64,000 nt of DNA from Dipteris shenzhenensis (Eukaryota), in NCBI GenBank assembly GCA_047967505.1, contig CM106538.1; one strand, written 5' to 3'. Made by a program: the position numbers and the translations under genes. Under the pieces are notes generated by a model. The model was given only the letters and a program-made list of their open reading frames with translations, was not told where the DNA came from and did no database searches. Below are positions 25,271-37,087 of this stretch, one piece after another; position 1 is the stretch's first letter; the number at the start of each line of letters is the position of its first letter.

Positions 25271-28200
25271 TGTTGGGGTAAAGGCACATTGCCAACCCTT
25301 CATTAAAGATAGGACACCTATGACTGTCTTAAGACAGTCATAGGGTAAAACCTAATCCTAATAAAACTAATGAGTTTGTGGTGTGGCTCATCACTTCACA
25401 CCCGCACATTTGGAGTTCTCTCTCTTTCTCACTCTCTCCCTCTTGCTCTTCTTCCCCCTTCAGGCCCTTCAACTGGTATGAGAGCCACCTTTCCCTTCTA
25501 CCCTTGCCTACCCACCCCCTTCGACCTCTACCTAGCCAGCAAGCAGCAACATCCGTACGGACGTACATCGTCCGTACAGCCGTACGGACGGGCTTCGAGC
25601 AGCAACTTCGAGCAACGACGGCATTGCGGGCGCGGGCATCGAGCGTGGGCACGGATCGGATCAGGGCGCAGGGCGGCGGCGCGTCGAGCAGCCAGGGCGG
25701 CGGCGCATCGCGCAGGTCAGGGCGGCGCAGCAGCGCGCCACTTAGCAGGGGAGCAGCGCATCGGCGCATCGCGCAGGAGCAGCCGCAGGCTCCCTTCGCG
25801 TGCACATCTGTACGGCCGTACATCCATCTGTTGGCCGTACGTCCGTGTACGGACGGCCCTGTGCCGTACAGTACAGACTACCGTACTGTACGCTGACAGG
25901 CCCTTCAACTGAGCAGGGAGCTGCTTCCGATTTTTGCAGCAGGGAGGTATTTTTTTTTCGGGATCTGTGTCAGAGGAAACTTTTCTCCTTGGATCTGGCT
26001 TTTGCACAGGTACAGCAAGTACGAAAGTACAACAGGTACATTTTTGTTTGGGGAAGAAAGAGAGGAGAAAGAGCACTCTGCTCTTCATTCCTCTTGATTC
26101 AGGATCATCTTTCAGTTTTCAGAACTGTGTTTTCTTGAAAGTACAGCAAGTACCTTCATTTACCTCGTGCTTGAGGAAAAGAGAACCACAGTGTGGGGTT
26201 GATTGCACAGTTATTTTGTTCTGGGAAGGTAATGCCTTGATTTTGCAAGAGGACATATGCTTTTACTGGGTTTGAATCTCAGTTTACAGGTGAGCAGATC
26301 ATAGGGCTTTTGCCCGGCAGGTGATGCTTTGTATGCCTTGAGGTTGTGTGGTGCCAGAGAGCACACATTTGTCTTGATTTCCGCAGTGTCGAGGTGACAT
26401 TTTCTTGCAGGTCACATTTCTTGTGCAAAACTGAGAGAACCTCAGTTGAGCCACGCTTGGCCAGGGCGCATCGAGTTTACTCGGTCCCTAACTGTCCATC
26501 GTTGACAGTGCTCAAAAGGTTCCTCATTGAGTGTTTGTACGTTGGGATCTGTGTATGTCATTTTTACACAGGACAGTATATGCATTACACTGTTGGTTGA
26601 TTTTGTCAGAGAGACTTTCATATTGCACACTACCTCAGTGTTGAGGTGTTCTTCACTTGGTTCAGGTGTCAGATCAAGGGGCTTTTGCTCAGATTTTGTT
26701 TCATAGCACTTGGGTCACCGACAGAGATCTTCAGATGCATTTTATCCCCTTGGCAGAAGGGTGATTGCTTGGGATTTATCCCATTTTCTGTTGCAGGTTT
26801 TGTGACAGGCTGAAGTGTCATTTTTTTTTGGGTGTTTGCCAAGTGGTTTATGCATATTAACTCAGTGCAATACCTCATCTGAGGTGGGAGAAGTGATCAG
26901 TACAGCCATTACAGCAGTGTTTACAGCAGTGTTTGTTCTTTGTCAGCTGATTATGCACTGTTAAGCACTTGTTGAGCAGCTGCAGCAGTCTGAAATTACT
27001 GTTTTTATGCCTATTTGAGCACGGTACAGTGTTTCAGAAGGTACAGTAACTGGGAGAATTTTCTGTTCCGCTGCAGATTTCCTGACAGTAAAAAACAGCA
27101 CTATTGTGAGTGCTCCTGGCTCTTAATAGAGCAGGTTTTTTCTGAGAAATCAGAATTTTTATTCAGTCTTTTTACTTCCAGTGAGTCAGATACTTTCCTT
27201 ATCTGATATGGCATCAGGGGGAAGTGATTCTTCAATTCTGAACATAAAGAAACTGGAAGGAGCACACAATTATGCATTATGGGCAGAACAGTGCTTGAAC
27301 GTACTTCTATTAAAGAAGATTTCTAAGCCCATAAGGGTGAAGGGTGTCAAGCCATCTGACATGGCAGCTGATGACTGGGAAGAGCTTGATTTGTCCGCAA
27401 GGGCAGCTATCATGCTCACTATTTCTGACACTCTTGTGTTCAATGTTCAGGCTGAAAAGACCTCTTATGGTCTATGGCAAAGGCTAGAAGAATTGTATGC
27501 CCAAAAGAGCTCAGCCAGTAAGGTTTATTGGTTGAAGAAGCTGGTTGATCTTCGCATGAAGGAAGGTACAGCTATGACCTCACACTTGAGTGAGTTCAAT
27601 GCCATCTTTACACAGCTGATTGCACAGGGATTGAATCTTGATGAGGAGTTCAAGGCTACTTTCTTGCTGTGTACCCTCCCTGAGAGTTGGGACACTTTCA
27701 AGACCACCCTGTCAAATTCGAATGTCACTCTTATTTATGCTGATGTAGAGAGCTCTCTCCTTATGGAGGAAATGAGCAGGAAGAATAATGCGAGCAGCAA
27801 GTCTTCAAATGCCTTGCAGGTACAGGATAGAGGCAAGACTCAGCAGAAGGGGAGATCTGCTAGTAAGTCCAAATCCCGAAGTCAGTCCCGTGGTAAAAAG
27901 GATATTGAATGCTTTTATTGTGGCAAGAAGGGACATGTGAAGTCTAAGTGCTTCAAGTTCATACGGGATCAGAAAGCCAAGAAGGCTGAAACAAAAGATG
28001 CAGGAAATGCAAGCAAAGGCAAAGGCAAGGCCAAGGCAGATGACTTGGATGCAGTGAATGTTGCAGCAGAGGACAGTGACAGTGACATACATGATGTTTT
28101 ATGCTCTTCTGCTGTAATAGCACATGCTTTGGTTATTGATGGCCATGACATGCACACCTGGCTCTTGGATTCAGGTGCTTCTTTTCATGTTACTCCTCAT

Positions 28201-31200
28201 AGGGAGTGGTTTACTTCCTACACAGGTACTCATGGGGTTGTTCATCTTGGGAACAACTATGCATGTCAGATTGCAGGGATTGGCAGTATACAGATAGTAT
28301 TTCCTGATGGACGCATAGTCATGCTTGATGGTGTCCGCCATGTGCCGCAAATCAAGAAAAATCTGATTAGCACTGGCTTATTGGATGACAGTGGTTACCA
28401 CACCACATTTGGGGATTCCAAATGGGTGATTACTGATGGCCAGGCTGTAGTGGCTGAGGGTTTTAAGAGTGATACCTTGTACCCTCTTTATGTTTCCAGT
28501 GTGGGTAATCATGTTGTTGCCATAACCGAGCTGCCAAAGGTTTCATTGTGGCATAGCCGGTTGGGACACATGTCCGTTAAAGGAATGCAAGAACTGTCAC
28601 GTTTGGGTTATCTGCCGTCTCTTTCTTTTTCAGATTTGCCTACTTGTGATCATTGCATTTTTGGCAAGCATTCTGTGACTCCTCATAAGAGGAGAACTCC
28701 CCAGAATAGAGCACCACTTGATCTAGTGCACACTGATTTGTGTGAGATGCCAAAGTTATCACTAGGGGGTGCAAAATATTTTATTACTTTCATTGATGAT
28801 GCCACACGCAAAGTGTGGGTCTATTTCTTGAAGCATAAGGGCGATGCCTTAGATGCTTTCAAGAAGTTTGTCGCTTAGGTTGAGAATCGGACAGGTCGCA
28901 GGCTGAAATGCCTCAGATCCGATAATGGGGGTGAGTATGTGTCACATGCTTTTGTGCAGTTTTGCCAAGCTAAGGGCATCAAACAAGAACTCACAGCCCC
29001 TCATAATGCATCTCAAAATGGTGCAAGTGAGTGGATGAATCGAACTATTCAGGAGAAGGTTCGATGTATGTTGTCTTATGCTGCATTACCCCATGGCTTT
29101 TGGGCAGAAGCCGTGCAAACAGCAGTTCACATTATTAACAGGTCGCCAAACAAGGCTTTGGAGTTGAAAGTGCCAGAGGAGGTGTGGTCTGGCAAGCCAC
29201 CTTCATATAAGCACTTACGTGTATTTGGCTGCGAGTGCTTTGCTCATGTACGCAAAGAACTGCGCACCAAACTGGATCCAAAGTCTATTAGATGCATCTT
29301 TATGGGTTATGGTGACGAAGGTGAAATGGGGTACAGGTTATGGGATCCCGTTAAACGGAAGATTATACGCAGCAATGATGTCATCTTTAAAGAGGATAGT
29401 GTACACAAGGAACCCGTGCAACCTGTGGAATACAGGAGGGTTATTTATGATGATGTTGGACAGCAAAGAATGCCCATTTATATGCAGCAGCAGGCTGCTG
29501 CAGATAACCCTGTTCAAGAGGGTATACAGGCTGAAAATCAGCCAGATAATTTTGCCAATGATGCACCACTGGATATGCCAGCAGATGGGGCTGTAGAACA
29601 GCCAGATATGGTGGTACAGCCACCCGTCATGCATGAAGAACAGGCTGGACAGCAGCCTAATCGGGAACATTTTGTTAGGAGGAGCACCCGTGTACAACGG
29701 CCTCCTGCCAGGTTTGTTCCAGGAGCCAATAATGTGGCTGATTTTATCATGCTGACAGATTGTGGTGAGCCTTCCAGCTTCAAGGAAGCTATGGGAAGAA
29801 CAGAGAAAAAGAAGTGGGAGAAAGCCATGCAGTCAGAAATGGACTCCCTACTTCAAAATGATACATGGGACTTGGTGCAGTTACCTGCAGGCAGAAAGGT
29901 TGCCATGCAAGTGGGTTTACAAAGTCAAAGTTGATTCAAATGCTTTACCTAGGTATAAGGCCAGATTGGTTGCCAAGGGATTTAAGCAGGAGAAGGGCAT
30001 TGACTTTGAGATCTTTTCCCCTGTAGTCAAGATGACTACTTTGAGAGCAGTGTTAGCTCTTGTTGCTCATGACGACATGGATTTATGTCAGATGGATGTG
30101 AAGACAGCTTTTCTTCACGGAGATCTCCATGATGAGATCTATATGAGTCAGCCAGAGGGATATGCTGTTAAAGGGAAAGAGCAGCTTGTGTGTAAGCTCA
30201 AGAGGAGCTTGTATGGACTCAAGCAGGCGCCAAGAGAATGGTACAAGAAGTTTGATGCCTTCATGCAGTCCCAAGGGTATCATAGGTGTGAGACCGATCA
30301 TTGCTTGTACACCAAACGGGCAAAGGATGGCAGTTTGATGCTACTCATTCTATATGTGGATGACATGCTTATTGCCAGTAAATCTCAGCATGAGATTAGT
30401 GCTTTGAAGAAACAACTGCATAAGTCTTTTGACATGAAAGACTTGGGTGATGCAAATCATATTCTTGGCATGCGGATTACTCATGACAGGTCCAAGGGAC
30501 TTTTGTTTCTGTCACAGAAAGAGTACATTGACAAAGTACTGCAGCGCTTTAAAATGGAGGGGGGGAAGTCTATTAGTACCCCGTTGCCTCCACATTTAAA
30601 ACTCAGCAGTAAGGACAGCCCCAGATCAGATGATGATAAGGCTGAAATGGCCAAGGTTCCGTATGCATCTGCAGTTGGATCTTTGATGTATGCCATGGTT
30701 GCCACTCGTCCGGATATTGCTTTTGCGGTGGGAGTCATCAGCAGGTATATGGCAAATCTAGGCAAGAGGCACTGGGAAGCAGTGAAAGGTGTCTTGAGGT
30801 ATCTCAAGGGTACCAAAGACTTGTGCATATGCTATGGTAGGCAGGATGCATTGGTGCATGGTTTTACAGATTCAGACTATGCAGGGAATGCAGATAACCG
30901 GAAGTCTACTACTGGTTATATTTTCACATTTGCAGGAGGTGCTATATCATGGGTGTCTCGGTTGCAGAAATGCATTGCACTGTCAACTACTGAAGCTGAA
31001 TATGTTGCAGCCACTGAGGCTTGCAAGGAAGCAATATGGCTTACTCGGCTGGTGGGAGACTTGGGCATTACAGGAGATATGCCGGTTTTGCATTGTGATA
31101 GTCAGAGTGCTATCATGTTGGCAAAGAATCCGGTCTTTCATCAGAAGACCAAGCACATAGATGTGAAATATCATTTCATCAGGGAGGTACTGGAAGACAA

Positions 31201-31612
31201 GCGACTTGAGCTTGTGAAAGTGCATACTGATGATAATCCTGCAGATTTGCTCACTAAGAGCTTGCCTACTGAGCGGTTTGCACATTGCCGCCGCATCATG
31301 GGATTAGGATGAGACCATTCTTATTTTATGGTCCTGTATACAGTAACTGTATATTGCTGTAATTTTTATTCTTTTCTCCCCTTTAGGCACATTGGCCTTT
31401 AGGTGGGAGGTTGTTGGGGTAAAGGCACATTGCCAACCCTTCATTAAAGATAGGACACCTATGACTGTCTTAAGACAATCATAGGGTAAAACCTAATCCT
31501 AATAAAACTAATGAGTTTGTGGTGTGGCTCATCACTTCACACCCGCACATTTGGAGTTCTCTCTCTTTCTCACTCTCTCCCTCTTGCTCTTCTTCCCCCT
31601 TCAGGCCCTTCA
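25271..31612 (+). mobile_element. Ty1/copia LTR retrotransposon (inner element, sister family)
   Basis: 201-bp LTRs 25271-25471 and 31412-31612 (1 difference seen), PBS TGGTATGAGAGCC 25474-25486, PPT 31401-31410, TSD AATAG at 25266-25270 and 31613-31617. Confidence 0.97.
27208..31312 (+). pseudogene. Inner copia gag-pol with one premature stop and one frameshift
   Basis: ORFs 27181-28878, 28939-29934 and 29762-31312: CFYCGKKGHVKSKC, LDSGAS, integrase, YVDD, TKHIDVKYHF; TAG at 28876 and a 2-bp deletion near 29900 relative to the outer element. Confidence 0.95.
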
Positions 31613-34600
31613 AATAGACTTCCCCCCCTCCATTTTAAACCTCTGCAGTACTTTGCCAATGTACTCCTTCTGTGATAGAAACAAAAGTCCCTTGGACCTG
31701 TCACGAATAATCCGCATACCAAGTATATGGTTTGCATCACCCAAGTCTTTCATGTCAAAAGACTTATGCAGTTGCTTCTTCAAAGCACTAATCTCCTGTT
31801 GAGATTTGCTGGCAATCAGCATGTCATTCACATATAGAATGAGTAGCATCAAACTGCCATCCTTTGCCCGTTTGGTGTACAAGCAGTGATCGGTCTCACA
31901 CCTATGATACCCTTGGGACTGCATGAAGGCATCAAACTTCTTGTACCATTCCCTTGGTGCCTGCTTGAGTCCATACAAGCTCCTCTTGAGCTTACACACA
32001 AGCTTCTCTTTTCCTTTAACAGCATATCCCTCTGGCTGACTCATGTAGATCTCATCATGGAGATCTCCGTGAAGAAAAGCAGTCTTCACATCCATCTGAC
32101 ATAAATTCATGTCCTCATGAGCAACAAGAGCTAACACTGCTCTCAAAGTAGTCATCTTGACTACAGGGGAAAAGATCTCATCAAAGTCAATGCCCTTCTC
32201 CTGCTTAAATCCCTTGGCAACCAATCTGGCCTTATACTTCGGTAAAGCATTTGAATCCACTTTGACTTTGTAAACCCACTTGCATGGCAAAACCTTTCTG
32301 CCTGCAGGTAGCTGCACCAAGTCCCATGTATCATTTTGAAGTAGGGAGTCCATTTCTGATTGCATGGCTTTCTCCCACTTCCTTTTCTCTGTTCTTCCCA
32401 TAGCTTCCCTGAAGCTGGAAGGCTCACCACAATCTGTCAGCATGATAAAATCAGCCACATTATTGGCTCCTGGAACAAACCTGTCAGGAGGCCGTTGTAC
32501 ACGGTTGCTCCTCCTAACAAAATGCTCCGTATTAGGCTGCTGTCTAGCCTGTTCGTCATGCATGACGGGTGGCTGTACCACCATATTTGGCTGTCCTACA
32601 GTGCCATTTGCTGGCATATCCAGTGGTGCATCATTGGCAAAATTGTCTGGCTGATTTTCAGCCTGTATACCCTCTTGAACAGGGTTATTTACAGCAGCCT
32701 GCTGCTGCATATTAATGGGCATTCTTTGCTGTCCGACATCATCATAAACAACCCTCCTGTATTCCACAGGTTGCACGGGTTCTTTGTGTACACTATCCTC
32801 TTTAAAGATGACGTCATTGCTGCGTATAATCTTCCGTTTGACAGGATCCCATAACCTGTACCCCATTTCACCTTCGTCACCGTAACCCATGAAGATGCAT
32901 CTGAAAGACTTTGGCTCCAGTTTGGTGCGCAGTTCTTTGCGTACATGAGCAAAGCACTCGCAGCCAAACACACGTAAGTGCTTGTATGAAGGTGGCTTGC
33001 CAGACCACACCTCCTCTGGCACTTTCAGCTCCAAAGCCTTGTTCGGCGACCTGTTAATTAGGTGAACTGCTGTTTGCACGGCTTCTGCCCAAAAGCCATG
33101 GGGCAATGCAGCATAAGACAACATACATCGAACTTTCTCCTGAATAGTTCGATTCATCCGCTCACTCACACCATTTTGAGGTGGATTATGAGGGGCTGTG
33201 AGTTCCTGTTTAATGCCCTTAGCTTTGCATAACTGTACAAAAGCATGTGACACATACTCACCCCCATTATCAGATCTGAGGCATTTCAGCCTGCATCCTG
33301 TCCGATTCTCAACCTGAGCGACAAACTTCTTGAAAGCATCTAAGGCATCGCTCTTATGCTTCAAGAAATAGACCCACACTTTGCGTGTGGCATCATCAAT
33401 AAAAGTAATGAAATACTTTGCACCCCCTAGTGATAGCTGTGGCATCTCACACAAATCAGTGTGCACTAGATCAAGCGGTGCTCTATTCTGGGGAGTTCTC
33501 CTCTTATGAGGAGTCATAGAATGCTTTCCAAAAATGCAATGATCACAAGTAGGCAAATCTGAAAATGAAAGAGACGGCAGATAACCCAAACGTGACAGTT
33601 CTTGCATTCCTTTAACGGACATGTGTCCCAACCGGCTATGCCACAATGAAACCTTCGGCAGCTCGGTTATGGCAACAACATGATTACCTACACTGGAAAC
33701 ATAAAGAGGGTACAAGGTATCACTCTTATAACCCTCAGCCACTACAACCTGGCCATCAGTAATCACCCATTTGGAATCCCCAAATGTGGTGTGGTAACCA
33801 CTGTCATCCAATAAGCCAGTGCTAATCAGATTTTTCTTGATTTGCGGCACATGGCGGACACCATCAAGCATGACTATGCGTCCATCAGGAAATACTATCT
33901 GTATACTGCCAATCCCTGCAATCTGACATGCATAGTTGTTCCCAAGATGAACAACCCCATGAGTACCTGTATAGGAAGTAAACCACTCCCTATGAGGTGT
34001 AACATGAAAAGAAGCACCTGAATCCAAGAGCCAGGTGTGCATGTCATGGCCATCAACAACCAAGGTATGTGCAATCACAGCAGAAGAGCATAAAACATCA
34101 TGTCTATCTCCATCACTGTCCTCTGCTGCAACATTGACTGCATCCAAGTCATCTGCCTTGGCCTTGCCTTTGCCTTTGCTTCCACTGCCTGCATCCTTTG
34201 TCTCAGCCTTCTTGGCTTTCTGATCCCGTATAAACTTGAAGCACTTAGACTTCACGTGTCCCTTCTTGCCACAGTAAAAGCATTCAATATCCTTTTTGCC
34301 ACGGGACTGACTGCGGGATTTGGACTTGCCAGCAGATCTCCCCTTCTACTGAGTCCTACCTCTTTCCTGCACCTGCAAAGCATTGGAAGACTTGCTGCCC
34401 ATATTGTTCTTCCTGCTCATCTCCTCCATAAGGAGAGAGCTCTCCACATCAGCATACATAAGAGTGACATTTGAATTTGACAGGGTGGTCTTGAAAGTGT
34501 CCCAACTCTCAGGGAGGGTACACAACAAGAAAGCAGCCTTGAACTCCTCATCAAGGTTCAATCCCTGTGCGATAAGCTGTGTAAAGATGGCATTGAACTC

Positions 34601-37087
34601 ACTCAAATGTGAGGTCATAGCTGTACCTTCCTTCATGCGAAGGTCAGCGAGCTTTTTCAGCCAATAAACCTTACTGGCTGAGCTCTTTTGGGCATACAAC
34701 TCTTCTAACCTCTGCCATAGGCCATAAGAGGTCTTTTCTGCCTGAACATTGAACACAAGAGAATCAGTGAGAGTAAGCATGATAGATGCCCTTGCGGACA
34801 AATCAAGCTCCTCCCACTCATCATCTGCCATCCCAGATGGCTGGACACCCTTCAACCTTATGGACTTAGAAATCTTCTTCAACAGAAGTACATTCAAACA
34901 CTGTTCTGCCCATAATGCATAATTGTGTGCCCCTTCCAATTTCTTTATGTTCAGCATTGAGGATTCACTTCCCCCTGATGCCATATCAGACAAGGAAAGT
35001 GCCTGACTCCCTGTAAGTCAAAAATGACTAAATAAAATTCTGATTTCTCAGAAAACCTGCTCTATCAAGAGCCAGGAGCACTCACAATAGTGCTGTTTTT
35101 TACTGTAAAAAAACCTGCAGCAAAACAGAAAATTTTCCCTCCAGTCACTGTACCTTCTGACACACTGTACCGTGCTCAAATAGGCATAAAACAGTAACTA
35201 CAGAATGCTGCAGCTGTTCCACAAGTGCTTTACAAGTGCATCATCATCTGACGAAACACAAAACACTGATGTCCTGATCACTTCTCCCACCTCAGATGAG
35301 GTATTGCACTGATTAAACATGCATCAACCACCTGGCATACACTATACTGACCACTGAAAAATGCTCCAAACACCTCAGCCTGTCACAAACCTGCAACAAA
35401 GCACGGGACAAATCCCAACAAATCACCCCTATGTCAAGGGGATAAAAGGCATATGAAGTCTCTACACAGTGACCAAAGTGCTCTCAAGCACAATCTGGGC
35501 AAAAGCCCCTTGATCAATACCTGTACCAAGTGATAAACACCCTCAACAATGAGGTAGCATACAAAATTCAGCGCTCTCCTGGCACTTTCACTTGACAATG
35601 TAATGCATAAACTGCCTGTGTGCACAGTAACAACACAGATCCCAACGTACAAACATCGAAAAGAAAATCTTTTGAGCACTGTCAACGATGGACAGTTAGG
35701 GACCGAGTAAACTCGATGCGCCCTGGCCAAGCGCGGCTCAACTGAGATTTTCTAAGTGCCGTACACAAAATGTGACCTGCAAAGAAATGTCACTGATACA
35801 CTGCGGAAAACGAGACCAATGTGGGCACCCTGGCTCCACACTGCCCCAAGGCATACACTGCATTCACTGTCAGGCAAAAGCCCTATGAAATTGTCACCCG
35901 AAAACTGAGATTTGCACTCAGCAAAAGCATAAAAGCCCTCTGCAAAATCAAGGCATATGATCTCCCGTCAAAAACTGTGCAAACAACCACACACTATGGC
36001 CCCGGTCACCTCCTAGCAAGAGGGACAATGAGAGTACTTGTTGTACCTAAAAAAAAAACACAGTTTTACTCTGAGTAATCCTCGGGAAATGCATAAACAG
36101 CCTTGTTGTACTTTGTACCTGCGCGTACTTGCATGTACCACGCAAAAGAGCAGCGTGCTCTTCACTCTTTTTCTTCTTCCCCAAAAAAAAATTTCTGTGC
36201 CTGCTGTACCTGCAAGTACCTGCTGTGCCTGCACAGAGTACCTGCTGTACCCTGTACTTGCGAGGGCACGGATCCCAAAAAAAAACTGTCGAAATTCTCA
36301 AAAAAAAAATTTGCACTCGAACCTTGGCTGAGGGTACAGCCGGTATGGCTGTACCTGTACGTGCACGCGTCCCGAGGACGCTGTTGAACAGTAAGATCTG
36401 TGCGTGGCCGGTTTGTGCGCGGCTGTTCACAGCCCGCTGATGGAGGTCGGCTGCCTGTGTGCAGCTGGCTGCTGCTGGTCACACGACCCGGCAGCTAACA
36501 GCTGCACGGCCGGCTGCCTGTCGCGGCTGGTCGCGGTCGCGACCAGCTGCCTGTGCAGCCTGGCTGCAGCTTGCAGCTTGCAGCTGCAGGCTGCAGCTGG
36601 CCTGGCTGCGCGCGGCCGATGCTGCACGCTGGCTGCGCCCGCCTTGGAGCTGCTGATAGTCGCTTGCTAGCGAGCTGAAGAGCTCGCTGCTGCCCTTGAA
36701 GAACCGCGTGCTGCTGCCCGCGCTGAAGGAGAACCGCCGCACGATAGAATGCTGCCCGAAGCCTTTACACAGCTCGAGCTGAGACTCGAGAGCAGTTACA
36801 GTGCTGCCTGCTGACAGAGGGCACGAGGCCCAAGGGGAGAGGGAGGGGTAGACCGGAGTGAGAGAGGGAGGAGGTAGGCTCTGATACCACTTGTGAGGGA
36901 AAGAGGGGAGTGGAACAGTAGGAGACCGTAGACACTAGGGAGTGTGGGTGTGTAAAGAATGCGTTGAGCCACACCACAAACTCAAAAGTTTTATTAGGAT
37001 TAGGTATTCACCCTATGACTGTCTTAGGACAATCATAGCGGTCATAACATTTAAAGGGTGGCAATGTGCCTTTACCCCAACAATCAG

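Larger units (their letters stand above)
24527..34984 (-). pseudogene. Outer copia gag-pol (34984-31613 joined to 25270-24527), split by the inner element
   Basis: gag, CCHC, WLLDSGAS, integrase, RT with YVND instead of YVDD, RNase H; stops at 34346-34348 and 25064-25066. Confidence 0.95.
24233..37082 (-). mobile_element. Ty1/copia LTR retrotransposon (outer element)
   Basis: 191-bp LTRs 36892-37082 and 24233-24423 (2 differences seen), PBS tRNA-iMet 36878-36889, PPT AGGTGGGAGG, TSD ATCAG at 24228-24232 and 37083-37087. Confidence 0.97.

Noticed and set aside
25338-26275. Overlapping ORFs in copia leaders (also 36013-36742)
   Set aside because: Open on both strands because of high GC; not conserved between the two sister elements
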